The notes beneath the pieces are model-generated. The model searched no databases. It saw nothing but the letters and a program-made list of their open reading frames with translations, and was not told where the DNA came from. From contig NC_059429.1 in assembly GCF_021028975.2 (NCBI RefSeq), forward strand, positions 81,530,001 through 81,594,000: DNA of 64,000 bases, written 5' to 3'. This DNA comes from Sphaerodactylus townsendi (lineage: Eukaryota). Of this stretch, positions 12,891 to 26,323 are shown piece by piece (the stretch's first letter is position 1; each line of letters starts with the position of its first letter). A program made the translations under genes and the position numbers.

Positions 12891-12942
12891 CAATGAATTT
12901 GCTCAAGGTATTATCAATGAATTTGCTCAAGGTATTATCAAT
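12891..12942. repeat. 24-bp tandem duplication
   Basis: caatgaatttgctcaaggtattat occurs twice, immediately upstream of the RTE 5' end. Confidence 0.95.
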
Positions 12943-12946
12943 CAAA

Positions 12947-15178
12947 GAATCACCCTTCTCTGAGTCTTTGGGAAAGTGCTTTTCCTTATCCTGCTCAGGC
13001 ACTTGCTAGATGCAGTAGGTAAGAAGATGCTGTGAGAAGAGCAAGCTGGATTCTGTCATGGATGCTCCTGAAGTGAGCAAATCTTCACCCTGTGCAACAT
13101 AATCAAACAGAGTCTTGAATTTCAATAACCACTGTCTAGTAACTTTACTGATTTTAAGAAGGCATTTGACAGTGTGCACAAGGAATCACGATGGAACATC
13201 ACAAAAAATGACATCCTCCAACACTACATCAACATTTTCCTAAACCTATACCTGAACTCCAGCTGCTGCATGAGAACTGACAATGGCACTACTGATTTTT
13301 TTTAAATATTGAGACTGGTGTAAGACAGGGTTGCATCCTCTGATCATTTTTTGTTCCTTCTCGTTGTGGACTTTGTTATGAAGAAAGTGATGAATTGAAT
13401 GAATATTGGCATTCAGTGGAAAGATCAATCTTGGCTCAATGACCTGGACTTCGCTGATGACATCGCTCTGCTGGCTGACACCAAGGCTGATTCCAGAACA
13501 TGACTACTAACCTGGAAAGGAAGGCTGAGAAGATTGGTCTCAGGATCAGCAGTGACAAGACAAAGGTTATGCAGATTGCAAATGCTCCCATGAACATACC
13601 ACTTTTGGTCAGTCAACAACGTATTGAAGAAGTAGAATCATAGAATCATAGAGTTGGAAGAGACCACAAGGGTCATCAAGTCCAACCCCCTGTAATGCAG
13701 GAACACACAATCAAAGCACTCCCGACATATGTTCATCCAGCCTCTGGTTTAAAACATCCAAAGAAGGAAACTCCACCACTCTCCAAGGAAGTGAATTCCA
13801 CTGTTGAACAGCCCTGATGGTCAGGAAGTTCTTCCTTATGTTTAGGTGGAATCTCTTTTCCTGCACCTTGAATCCATTACTCAGTGTCCTACTCTCTGGA
13901 GCAGCAGAACACAAGCTTGCTCCCTCTTCAACATGACATCCCTTCAAATATTTAAACATAGCTATCATGTCCCCCCCTTAACCTACGCTTCTCCAGACTA
14001 AATATCCCCAGCTCCCTAAGTCTCTCTTCGTAGGGCATGGACTCCAGACCTTTTACCATTTTTGTTGCCCTCCTCTGGATCCATTCCAGCTTGTCAATAT
14101 CCTTCTTGAACTGTGGTGCCCAGAATTATGCACAATATTTTAAGTGAGGTCTAACCAATGCAGAATAGAGAGGTACAATTACATCCCTTGGTCTTGACAC
14201 TATACTCCTGTTGATGCAGCCCAAAATCGCATTGGCCTTCTTGGCCGCTGCATCACACTGCTGACTCATGTTTAGTTTATGGTCTAGTAAGATTTCTAAA
14301 TCCCTTTCGTATGTAATGTTGTCAAGCCAGGTGGCACCCAGCCTATATCTGTGGATTTCATTTTTTCTGCCTAAGTATAGAATCTTACATTTATCTCTGT
14401 TGAAATTAATTTTGTTAGTTTTGGCCCAGCTCTCCAATCTGTCCAGGTCATTTTGAATTCTGAATCTGTCCTCTGGGGATATTAGTTACCCCTCCTATTT
14501 TGGTGTCATCTGCAAATGTGATTAGCATGCTCTCTATTCCATCATCCAAGTCATTGATAAAAATATTGAAATAGAACAGTTTACTTACTTTAGTAGCACA
14601 CTGGCTTGTGATGGAGATGTCAAAGCCAATGTGAATTGTAGAACTGGAAAAGAATCGGCAGTGTTACAGAGCATGCACCAAATCTGGTTAACCATCTACC
14701 ATCAATATTAGGATGAAAATATGACTCTTCAGCACCATCATCGTACCAACTGCAATTTGCACCAGTGAAACATGGAAGACCACTGCAAAAGCCCAAAAAG
14801 TTGAACGTATTCCAGCAGTGGTGCCTTTACAAGATTCTTGGAGTCACTTACCCTGACCAAATTACAAATGAGGAAATTCTGCACAGAAGTGGCATACAGA
14901 GGCAGCAGGACATTGTGACAGAGCAATGATTGCATTTTGCTGGGCACATCCTATGTCTACTAGGTCACCATAATCTGAACTCCGCAATGCAATGGCTACC
15001 ATCTGGAGGAAAGTGAAGGCAAGGTAGAACACGGAATACATGGTGCCAGACCTTCAAAGAAGACCTAAACAAGGCTCGCATCTCATGGAATGAAGTTGAA
15101 CTCATTGCAGCCAACCAAAATTGTTAGAGAATGCTTGTTGCCCAATAAGCCCAGATTCACAGGGAGAATTAAGTCTAA
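12947..15178 (+). mobile_element. RTE-clade LINE relic (5' truncated), interrupted by a CR1 at 13636-14570
   Basis: ITLL.VFGKVL...EEQAGF...EQIFTL...DFKKAFDSV...TGVRQGCIL...DLDFADDIALL. The reading resumes after the CR1 as (V)EQFTY.SS and ends in an RTE-like tail ...taagtctaa. Confidence 0.9.
13636..14570 (-). mobile_element. CR1 LINE 3' fragment
   Basis: ORF pieces [69 protein letters not shown]; the CR1 3' octamer repeat appears as tcatagaatcataga at ~13638. Confidence 0.96.
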
Positions 15179-15930
15179 TAGCAGTATCCTCAAGCATTAT
15201 GGAACACATGCTGAACAGCATGTTCTATCTAAATGCAGAGATGAATGCTGCAACAAATTAACAAAGACACTTGAAATATTGTTCTTGAGAGCTGATTTCA
15301 AACAGTACCTGGAGACCTTTCCATTGTGTAGCTATGTTGCCCCCCTCCCCCTGGGATTTAATTTGCAGATAGCTCACTGATCCTGTGACTCAGTGACTTT
15401 TCACTACAATTGTCAAGTATGGGTATAAGTCCTATGAGAAAATCCATACAGACATTTGAGCACATACCAGTGATTAATTCTACAGTGGAAATATATATAT
15501 ACCAATTTTTCCCCAAAGGTATTAAAAAGGCTAACAAACATTATGTTGTGGTTCCTTTCAGGAGATGCACACCAGCAGCCCTGCAGGAAATTAGATGCCC
15601 CTACCCCCCAGAACAACCCCCCCAAGCCCTCCCCCCACCCCAAATCTCCCAATATATCCATCTTTTCCCAAAGGTATTAAAAAGGCTAACAAACATAATG
15701 AACCAAATAATGTCATTAATAAAAAGACGTCCCCCAGGAAAGTCCTACCCACTGACTCTATGAAAACCAAACTCCCAAAGGAAGCAATGCTTTCCACTCT
15801 CAGCAAGAGCACAGAAACCAGATCCATTCACAACACAAATGTCAATTAACATCAGCATCAACAAAAGACACTTTAAAAGGGAAAGGCCTTCTTAGCAGAA
15901 AGCAGGCTTAGTGGAAAGCAGAAGCTTGCC

Positions 15931-16290
15931 TCAATGCTGATGATAAGACATCAGTCCTTGGGGAGCCACACCATCCTGGTGAGTGGGGCAGTAAGCTCCC
16001 ATTGAAAATGAAAACAATGGGGGATGGGGGCACCCACTTTGGGGATCCATAACTTTGGTCCCCCTCAACCAAACGTCATCAAACCTGAATGACATCATCA
16101 GGAATGTCTCTGGAGGAGACCCTGAAATTTTGGTGCTGCTAGCTTTAAAAATGCACCCCCTAAAGGCCAAAATGCAAAAAACCACCAAAAATACAAAACA
16201 AATCAGACGGACTTGAATTTTTCGGTTATTCCTGAATATTTGGGCATATCCGAATACATTATTTGTCTTATTCGGACATACAGATAATTT
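15931..16290. repeat. Unclassified interspersed repeat fragment (probable non-autonomous DNA element)
   Basis: Abrupt composition shift with retained CpGs (cggac/ccgaat/ttcgg subterminal-type motifs); no TSD found. Confidence 0.4.
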
Positions 16291-18164
16291 TACGTGACAA
16301 TGACCAAAAGGCACATTTCACCTGCATGTTCTCCTGTCCAAGCTTCACCTTAATTCAAAGCATTTCCATATTCTTTCACAGTTTCCAACTCCTCTCAACA
16401 GAGCTTGTGCTAGAGAATATTCTGATGTTAGATTCGTAGGTCTCTCATTCAGAAAGAATGATCAGATCTGCTTTCTCTTTAAACTTCTAGCTGTTATTGG
16501 GTGGAGGGGGCAGATAAGATTGGTGCTTGAGGAATATGTGTAGTCTTACTCTATTCTTGATATCAGTTGATTACTGCTTCTGGTCACACAATCTCATCCA
16601 AGAGTTCCAATCCTGGGGGCCCCATGCTAATTAAAGATGGGCATTCTAGTCATGGATCCATATTTCACCTAATTTTTAAGGAAGCAACAGAGCTGTCTTT
16701 AAAGAAGTACAGGATCCTCCCACCTTTCCCCAGTCTCACAAGACTTTCTCTTGCACTACTGATGATCATCTGGGTAGTTCACAGATCCTACTATCCAGGT
16801 TATCAGAGGTCTTTCATGAAAATACTAGGAGGTCAATCACCCTGATTCTCTGTACCCATGGAATGGATCTGGGTGGTAAACTCACATTCCTCACATAGAT
16901 CTGATGTGGAGAAAAATAAGAGAATGGTTTTTGCAGCTTGAAGAAAGGAATTATCATTCCATTTCCATTTGAATTGAGGAACTTTGAGAATTTTTCATCA
17001 TATTAATCTCACCTCTGTGAGGCCCAGTACCCAGACTGAACCCCTGACCACTATTCAATCTTGCTTCTATCATTGCTTGGTGATCTGTTTGGACTTCCAA
17101 GGTTCAGAAGGACTGAGGCAGGCTCTCTTCAGCAGAACAGCAGCTGAAGGACTGAGGCAGGCTCCCTTCAGTGTTCAGCTGGGGAAGATACAATGATTTA
17201 CTTTGGTGCATTTTAACCAGCTCTATTGTGCATTTCTCCCAGTGCATAAATGAAGGGATTTTTGTGCAAATTGACATTGAAATTATAGTGTTGAGAAGAC
17301 CCAGACCTGTCAAGAAACAAAGCCCTGACCCCCAGGCTGTCTCAGGAGTGCTGCCGATTTCTCAGGCACTATTGTAACAGCTTTTGTTTCTTTTTGGATG
17401 GATGAAAGAATTTCCCCTTCCTCCCACTTAGCTCCCAGCAGGTAAAAATCTGGGGATGGCAGAAATGGCTTGCAAGATTAATGGGAACACTTTCCTTTCC
17501 CTTGGTGATAAATAGAAAAATCCACAAGTGAAGAGAACTAGAGAGACACAAACAACTCCTCCACCATCCACCCACTTCTTTTTTTCCTCTATTTGACTTA
17601 AAGCACTAACATCAGGCAATGACACAGCCCAAAAAAGAGGAATAGGAATATGAAAATTAAGTTTCTGCTCATAGTATCACTAACAATCTGGCATGTTATC
17701 CATAATGTCACATAACCCCCCCCCCACCCCCCCACCCCGGTTGGGTGCACTTTCCATATATCCATAGTTTTCACATTGTTTTTAGGGATTTCTTGAATAA
17801 TAGCAGTAAGACAAGTAATTACTGATGGTGGAGATGATTCCATGGAAGTCAACTTTCCTACCTGCTACTTATTTTCTCCGGCAATGACTGGACAAAGGGA
17901 GATATTGGGTGTTTTCTAAGGCACACATTCAGTTCGTGCAAGAGGCCTAATAGACCTGGCTTTTATGTGAATTGAGGATGCTCTTGAGACTGTATCTCAG
18001 AAACCGCTTTGTGCAAAGGTTTTGTGGCAGTCACCTCAATTGTTCTTTAAGGTAAAAGTTCTGGAAACCTATGAACTATTGTCTTCTGCAATAATAAGAA
18101 TTTGCAGCTAGTTTTGCAGCTAGGCAGTCTGTATGTACCAATACAAGACAGTAAAAAATGTGGA

Positions 18165-18420
18165 ATGGTGAAACAGAGTGTTGAACTGGAGCATGGAACA
18201 TGATTTGAATATCCTGCTCTGCCAGAGAAGCTCACTGGATGAATATGGATCTGTCACACTCTCTCACAGGCTAGTTGCTGTGAGGATAATATCTCCCATT
18301 GTCCAGTCATTGTCCAATCTACCTCACAGGGTTGTTGTGAGGATATGGGGAAGGAAGGGACAAAGATGTAATAAGCTATTTTAGGTCTACTTGAGGAGAA
18401 AAAAAGGGGTATTAAAATTA
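18165..18420 (+). mobile_element. Degenerate Squam3-like SINE
   Basis: Body acctcacagggttgttgtgagga and tail gagaaaaaaaggggtattaaa resemble the SINE at 27366. Confidence 0.6.
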
Positions 18421-18777
18421 AGTAAAATACTTTGCCTTAAAGAAATGAACAAGCAGAGCTTGAGATACCGGGATTATGAGACATACAAAATGAATAGTAT
18501 AATGGCTTGTACACATATTGATGAAACAGCACACAAACTCTTTGAGTTACACAGAACTGTTTGTCAAAATCAAGAACAAAAAAGGAGCTGCTAACTCCCG
18601 GGTACATGGAGAGAGATCAATTTGAGAATAGTTCCAAAAGTAATTTTTTTCATCTTTGTCAAAAAGCTTTTAGCTAAAGTTTTTTTTTGAAAAATGTTAA
18701 GCAGCTGGGGGTTTACAGATTGATGCTTTGCCTAGTAACACAGTACATAGTATTTGAGATGCTAAAATGTTTCATGA

Positions 18778-19221
18778 TGTTGGTAATTCTTTCTAGTAAG
18801 AGATACCTTTTTCTTTACAGCAGAGGGCATGGAGGGCAAAACACAGCAGAGCTTATCCAGGCTGGCAACAAAAGAAAGAACCAATTCATAGTTTCTAACT
18901 AATAAGAGCAGTCTTTATTAGTGAACTCCATTCTGTATAGAAAAGTCAAGTCTAATCTGTCTAGTCAGATGATGAGAAAGGCTGTTTGCATCTCTCTGCA
19001 CACATGGTAGAAGATGGAGTAATGTGCAAGAATGATGGGGTGTAGAGAAGCGGAAAGGAAGAAAGTTCCCTGAGAGAAGCAATCTAGACATCAAAGGGAT
19101 AGTGTCAGAGCAGTAACAAAAAGGTGCCCAGTGTTTTGATTCCCTCTAGCTATCTGACTCACTGATCAGACCTCCTTCGTCATTGAGGCACGAGACAGTG
19201 TGAAGTCCTTCACTTCCAACA
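18778..19221 (-). mobile_element. Solo LTR (444 bp)
   Basis: Terminal inverted TGTTGG...CCAACA; 5-bp TSD catga (18773-18777) / tatga (19222-19226); minus-strand AATAAA at ~18914-18919. Confidence 0.8.
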
Positions 19222-19884
19222 TATGATTAGAGAAGCACAAGTATGAAAGTAATATAGAACAGAAGAAAAGTCACGCTGGATAAGACCAAAGCTCATTAAG
19301 TACCGCAGTCTGCCTCTAAGAAGCACACAGAAAAGACAAAACTACAACATAATTATCTTGCCTGTGTTTTATAGCACCTAATATAATAGGCATGCTCCTC
19401 TCATACTGGAAAGGATAGAGAGCCAAGGAACTAGAGATATGACATCACTATCTCAACAGCTCAATAACTGAAGTAGAAAAACATACCATTAAAAGTTGAA
19501 CAAAGATTATTTCACTTAGACTACATATCTCATTTAATTGGGTCAACATGGCTATCAAAACATCCTGACATGTATTCAAAGTAAAATTTGAGCCAATTGG
19601 TAGGTGACAAAGGCAGCTGTATGGCCCAAAGTGTTTGGAAAGTGCAATCCTATACATAGCCATTCAGCCTAAATCTACAGAGTAAATCTGCATGGGATTT
19701 CATTATAAATGTGGCTGGGAATCCAGTTGACCAATAGGAAATGAATAAAGGGAGGATGCTATTTCCTAACAGGCAATAGTTTACTGTTTCCATATGAAGC
19801 CAGAGCTTTTTGAAAATATAAGCACTAGATTACCTTATGCTGCTTATCCACCCCTAAAATATCTGTGCACCTCAGAAGAGTTAG

Positions 19885-20065
19885 AATCATCCTCAAGTTG
19901 CAGCTAACTTGTGATGACCTTGTACGGTTTTCAAGGTAAGAGACAAACAGAGGTGGTTTGCCATTGCCTGCCTCTGGATTTCCCTCATGCGATCCTTTTC
20001 AAGTATAAACCAGGGTTGACTGTTTAGGAGCCAAGATCTTACCACATTGGGCTAGCATGGACCAG
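19885..20065 (-). mobile_element. 5S-derived Sauria-type SINE, degenerate
   Basis: Shares ggttttcaaggtaagagac...gaggtggtttgccattgcct with the copies at 38245 and 52605. Confidence 0.65.
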
Positions 20066-20338
20066 GTTATAGAGGAAAGGAATTAAATTGGTTCAGTCCA
20101 TGAACCAGTCAGAAATGTGACCAAAGTAGATAATTACTGGATTACATCAACCCAGCTACACTCTTCCCCTCTCCCGCACAGCCAAGCTCTCTTGTGTGCT
20201 TTATGCTCACAGCCTACCTGCCTTGAAAAGCAACCAGGTTGGCAGACCTGACCTGCATTCTAGTGGGGCTTTGATACCAGTGGCCAATACCAGCAGAACT
20301 ATTAGTACAAAGAGATTAAACCAACCGTGCTCACTTAC

Positions 20339-20550
20339 ATGGTTACCGTGGTAACGCCTGTTCTTTACAGTGTGTGAAACACTCCATTCGTTTATTGATT
20401 GAGCCCCAGTCAAATTCAATCACAAGTGAAAATGGATTTTTTAATGCGACTATTAGCTGCTTTTGAAAGGCAAATTGAGTTCAGTTATACCGAGTCAGCC
20501 ATCAAAAAACAATTTACCGTCAGCCAGACAGTCCAGATCGGAGCCTGACT
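20339..20550 (-). other. Candidate non-coding exon or conserved element containing an RFX X-box
   Basis: Minus-strand acceptor cttttttccttcccatcttcccacctccccgcacttttgccAG and donor CAT|GTAAGTGAG; all three frames contain stops; GTTACCGTGGTAAC at 20342-20355; CpGs retained. Confidence 0.45.
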
Positions 20551-22356
20551 CTGGCAAAAGTGCGGGGAGGTGGGAAGATGGGAAGGAAAAAAGTGGAAGA
20601 AATCTAGGAAGATGGAAAGAGCAGAATCATTCTGAGCAGGGATATGGCATTTTGCATCTCAGTTGTGTGCTACTTTGGCTACCCATTAAGCTCTGATCCA
20701 GTTTAAACTGAGAAGATAGAAGTGAGCAAATAGGCTTCAGTTTTCTCCTGCCGATGCCACTGCTAAATTTCCATCATCCAATTAAAGAAATCTTAGTTGA
20801 TTAATCATTGTAACCAGTTCATCATTTAGTCACTTAACACTACTTACATTTACATATGAATAAAGCATCAATTTTGAAAGGGGGGGGAGCATTCTCCTTT
20901 GTTTTCAGGTGATGCAGTTGTCTCAGTATGGCACCATCTTAAAGGATGCCTTCCCTTCTGCCTGACAGTGAACAAGCCAACCCTTTTCTAAGGCAGCAGC
21001 TGCCATCTGTGGGTTTTGTAAGTACTCATATTAAAAATAATTAACTATTTAAAAATAGATTGTTTAGCTCATCAGGGGAACCTTTCTATTTGATCAAAAG
21101 GCTTTAATCTAACTATTTCTCAGTTAAACCCTGCAGTCCTATTAAATGCCCATGTAGATACTAGAGTTGTGGGTCAAAAGTGATCAACCAAGAAGAAAAG
21201 AGAGGCTATTGTCAATTACAGGGGAAGTCTGAAAGAATCTGTAATTTCTTATCCATTTGGTTAAAGATGGAAAAGCAAAAAAGTAAGATCTGGAAGAGTT
21301 TGTGAAAGCAGAGAGAACATGAGAAGATAGACACAACCCATAAGTTACATTCAATTATTTCATGGGCAATTCATTCTAAGACTCTGCTAAATTTGTTGGT
21401 ATAACTATGATGATCTATTATTTTAATAGAAGTACTACAGGTAAAACCATTGATGATAGATGGGTTTGCACTAACAGTGTAATCCTAAGGTCACTTTCAT
21501 TTGAGTAAACCCCACTGAATAAATAGGATTCTGAGTAGACCTTCTTAGTATTGCTTTCTTACATTGCATCCTATACATTTATTCTAGAACTGCTTATTTT
21601 CAGTACAGGAGTGCTGTTTCACCTTGTCTCTGTAGCTGGTGAACACATTGATTCATTTGGTAATCTGTTTTATGTAGTCATGGAGTGGGTGCATGCCAAC
21701 CTGACCTCCAGTACACACCTAAGATGTGCATGCATTCATGAATAATCATCCTCTAAATTACCCTTCTTCAAGAATCGTTTTATGGGGATCCATGCTGAAT
21801 ACTAGTTTTACTGCAATTGGTGGAGGATGGAACAAATTCCTTAGACACTCTCTATTTTTCCAATACATAAAAATGATCCATGTGCAGATGGCCACAATTT
21901 GGTAACAGGCAAAACAGCTTATAGCCTGGAAATTCTGGTAGTCTCTAATGTCCTACTGGATTCAAATCTTTTTCTTCTGCACACCTAAACAATTAGCAGA
22001 AATATATCAAGCTTTTATTGGTATTTATTGGCCTGTCAGAAGGATATTTTGCAGGTGAGGTTACACAAGGATGAGAAAAACCTCTCCCATAGAATATCCC
22101 CTTCACAGGCAGCTATGCAAGCTGTTGCTCCTCAACAGAAAACAAAGCTGGTAATGATGTTTCCAGTGGAAATCTGTTGGGTGGCCACATGGAATAGGCC
22201 AAGTCTTCTCAACAGCAGCACTAGGAATGTGGAACCCCTTGTCTGGGAAAATCAATCTTGTACCTTCTCTGATGACATAAGCATCAGGCTAAAAAAGTGT
22301 TATTGTGGAAAGGATGAAATATACCCTGAATATACCATAGCTTTCTTTGACTAGGA

Positions 22357-22875
22357 GGCCCTTTCCGCGCTGCGGAAAGGCTTCCCCTGCACCGGCAGGA
22401 ATCCTGCCGGTGGAGGGATGGGGGCCGTTCGCAAGGGAGCGTGCAAGCTTCCCCGTCCCCCCCCCACTCACCTCGTCATCCTGCGTCACCCTGCTGGACT
22501 ACTAAGACCCGCCCACGCTGCCCTCTGACCTCCAGGGGTCGGACGACAGCGAGGGAGGGTCTCAGCAGTCCAGTAGAGTGACGCAGGATGACGAGGTGAG
22601 GGGCGATGAGGTGAAAACAGGCGATGGTTCCCGGCGGTGCCGATTACGCGACCAGCGCCCGGGCGTGGGCTGCCTTTGTTTTAAAAAACCTCCCTCCAGG
22701 AGGGAGGTTTTTTTTGGCTGGCCTGACACCGCTCTGGGGAGGTGGAGGGAAGCCAGGTCAGTGCTACTGCATTTCAGCTGCGCCGCCTCGTCGCTGATAC
22801 GGCGCCTTTATTATGGGGACAGCATTTTGCCATCCCATAAAGCCGTAGCATTATTTGGGCCATGTGGAAACAGCC
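22357..22875 (+). mobile_element. PIF/Harbinger-like non-autonomous element with a 134-bp internal hairpin (copy 1)
   Basis: Imperfect TIRs ggccctttccgc / gtggaaacagcc; hairpin 22467-22600; homologous to the 44163 and 60382 copies. Confidence 0.75.
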
Positions 22876-25078
22876 AGAGAGTCATTAAAACGTTAAGTTA
22901 CTCCAGGCAATGGGAAACAGTTTTTGTTTGATATTCGGTTTGACAGCAGGGACAAGCTTCAGAGTTGACTCCAACTGTTTGGTGAGACACTGTCACAAGG
23001 CCAGGATGCATGGTTTTCAGTATCTAATGTCAAAGTTAAAAAATCCATTGATGCCATCCCTGCCAACTCTCTCCCTAGTTGCTAGGAGCGGGTGTAACAA
23101 GAAATCCAATGTGGTTCATTGTTGTAAGGGGAGTTGCAAATCTTGCTAGCAAGTCTCCAAGAAGTGAAATCTTAGTCCAAAATGTTTTGCTTAAGCAACA
23201 AATCTGCAGGAGAGCAATTAAAGTGTAACAATTTTATTAAAGGAAAACAATACAGGTACTAGCACACAATAACCAAAGTAGCAGAACACACACAAAGTCC
23301 TAGGATGTAAGCAGTATTGTATTAGAAGTGGGGTTGCTTGCCATGGAGAGAATGGAAAGTGAAAACAGCGTTTGAGGAAACCTGTCTTTATAAGAAATCT
23401 TGCTGTGATGGACATTCGCCCCCATGGTGCACCAGACACCTTGTGCATAATTAGCCATAGTTAGTATGTGAAGTGGAATTTGTATTGTTTGTACTACTGC
23501 AACACCCCTTATTTTTATAAACTGGTATATAGGTTTTTTTCCCTTTAAGGTATTAGAGTTGAATAGTTTCTATAACCCATTGTATTGTTTACATAGACAG
23601 CCATTGAGACAAACTCATGCCTATATTTCATAACTCTGCCCCCAGCTGGAATAAGTTGAGCAGTGGGAAGCTACTTGTTAAAGAAACATTCTTTTCTGAG
23701 CATAGATTTCCTAGTCTGGGTTGGGAATACTTGGCAATTGGGTGGTAGAAGGCTAGAGATGGCAGGTTTTGGGGATGGGAAACGCTTCAACAGGGTATAA
23801 GTCATACAGTTCACTCTCCAAAGCAGTTATTTTCTGTAGGGAAACTGATCTCTGTCATTTTTCCTAGCATGAGCTAGATAGATAAACTTCACATTTGAGC
23901 AGCTATCTGTAGGTTTCAGCCAAACTAGGCCATCTGCCTACTGTCTGCTATGGCAATCCCTAACAGCAGTAATCCCCCAATCACCTGTGAGCCACCACTC
24001 AAGAAGAGTTCTTCTGTTCTAAGGACAATTCGAAAACAGCCCTTTTGCAAGGACATTGGGTTTTCTTATTTATTTATCTGCCTCAACATTTGCAGAATTT
24101 ACATTACACATTACTCAGCAGTAGCAGCATAATTCTAACAAGCATCTAGAAGGTTTTGCATTCTCCTTCCCAAAGCCTCTGATCTGATTGAGAACAGATC
24201 TTAAACTCTTGTCTGCAGTGGAGGAAATAGTATCATTTTACAATTATTGTCATTCAGACATTATTTATTTAACCTCAAGCCACATTATATCGACAGCAGA
24301 ATTGCTTTCATTTTTATATTTGATGGCTTACTTATTGAGCAAGGTTTGAGTAATTTGGCCTTGCAGACCCTATCATAAATGCTATTTTCAGATGTACACA
24401 CTGAAAGAATAAATAATAATGCTTTGGGAATTTTGTGCTGTTTCAAAAAATAGTTATTTAGTTGGCAACAGCATTTCACCTTCATCCTTGAGGAAGAGGT
24501 AGAGCTACAAATATACGATTTCACATTACTTAGAGGTACTGATTGTTGTATCTAGAGCAACAATGAGCACATGGCTCATAGTTTTAAAATATGGCTTCAC
24601 AGTTTTAAAACAAATGCAGAATTTAATAAACAAGTTGCTTTTTGGCAGAAAGTTAAAGCAACAGTTCATTTAACTTGCTTCTAGGTATTCCTTTTTGGTT
24701 CTTCTGGTCCACTGTATATCCTGGGAAGGAATATCAGGTTGTTCATCCAGAAGTTAATTCCAAAATACTGGCCTGGATCAAGGATTACATCACTTTTGGG
24801 TTAATGATGGAAGTGACATAGCATATTCAGAGCAACAGCAACTTCATCATTGTGGCCTCTGTATAGTCTCAGATGGGACTGCTCTTGTGCAGGCCAGCCA
24901 TAGAGCATTGTAGTTTTAAAAGCTTTTAGTCACTAATTTAGTCTCCTTCTGCAGTCACAAGCCTGGGCTAGCTACTCTTCCCTCCCAGGATCACGTGATT
25001 AGGGAAAAGGGGTGCACTCTCTCCCTTCAGATCTCCCTTCGCTGCCGAGGGGAGCCACCACTTGAGCTAGATGACAGT

Positions 25079-26323
25079 TGTAACAGGGTGTTTACATTCA
25101 AGGCGAGGAAGAGATATTATCCCACCACTAGCCACCAATTGAAACGGAACGTGTGGCCTACAATCAAGGTTCCCACTAAACTGACCAGTGGGGTTTCCTT
25201 TGCTGCCCAAAATATCCCAGGCTAATGTTCAGGGATCTTCTTTTTACTCTGCTGCCACCATTAAAGAGAAGGAACTAGGAATCCCAACACTGCTGCTGGC
25301 TGCCAAATATATAAAGAATCCCACCTCACATTCGCTCTTGGTCTAAGGGGAATGTCCTTCAGAGTCCCATATACAAAAATGGAGGGAACTCAAAATTGGC
25401 TGGGATTCTAGTCTCTCGACAGGCACTCTTCAACCTCTCACACACAAATGCAGGCTGGCACGAGGGTAACTTGAACACAACGAATTAAATTTATTTTAAA
25501 AACAAAAGAAAGGCTTCTTAAACTGGCTCAGAGAGGTACTAACGCTTGATGGTTTCAGAGAGGTTCTTTTCACTTAAAAATTACAGAGCTTCAGACGTTA
25601 CTTAGGTTTTACACACAGAGAGACACATGCAGGTGTCTCTTCAGGAATGATTTTGCTTTAGATCTACTAACTTTCTTCACAGACAGACACTAGTCCTTTC
25701 TGATCCACACCCCACTGAATACACACATAAACATTCTATGCCCTGTGAGATTCTGGCATACAAAGCCTCCCTCTCTCAGACTAATCTCAAACTGGCCTCA
25801 CTGCCTCTGGATTGGGCTTTCCCACGACTGGTGTTGTACTGGGGTAGGACAGACTCTAGGTCTGGACAGTGTTTACTGTCAAGCCACTGACCTGACTGCC
25901 GCGTCACTTTGCACCAAACTCAGGGCCTCCTTTCTCTGACAAGCCTCCTCAGCTTCTAGAGTGACTGGACTTCTGTCAGCTAACACTGCTGAGACAGAAT
26001 CTTCAGTTCAGATCTGACAGACTGCTCTCTGTCAAACTCTGGCTGTTCCTGAATCTCTCTCCCAATCTTGACTCCTTCTGATCTCTGTAACAGAATCTCT
26101 TCAGGAAGAGTGTACCTCCTGACAGGCTCTGCTCTGTCTATTTCTACTGCCAGCAGTCTGGCTCCCCCTATCCCCAGCCATAGGCAACTGTGCCTTTGCT
26201 CAACCAATCAAATGGGGTCCTTAATATAGTGGAGCCTGCTGCCTTAACTCTGGCTGTTACTAAGGCCTTTTCATTAGGCCTTTTACACACACCAGCCCTT
26301 CAGTGTGGGGCAAGTCTGTTACA
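25079..26323 (-). mobile_element. Long solo LTR (1245 bp, Gypsy/ERV-type) nested in the DIRS element
   Basis: TGTAACAG...CTGTTACA inverted termini; 5-bp TSD acagt/acagc; minus-strand AATAAA at ~25490. Confidence 0.8.

Noticed and set aside
12757-13002. 81-aa minus-strand ORF with an internal repeat
   Set aside because: It is antisense to the RTE 5' end plus a 24-bp DNA duplication.
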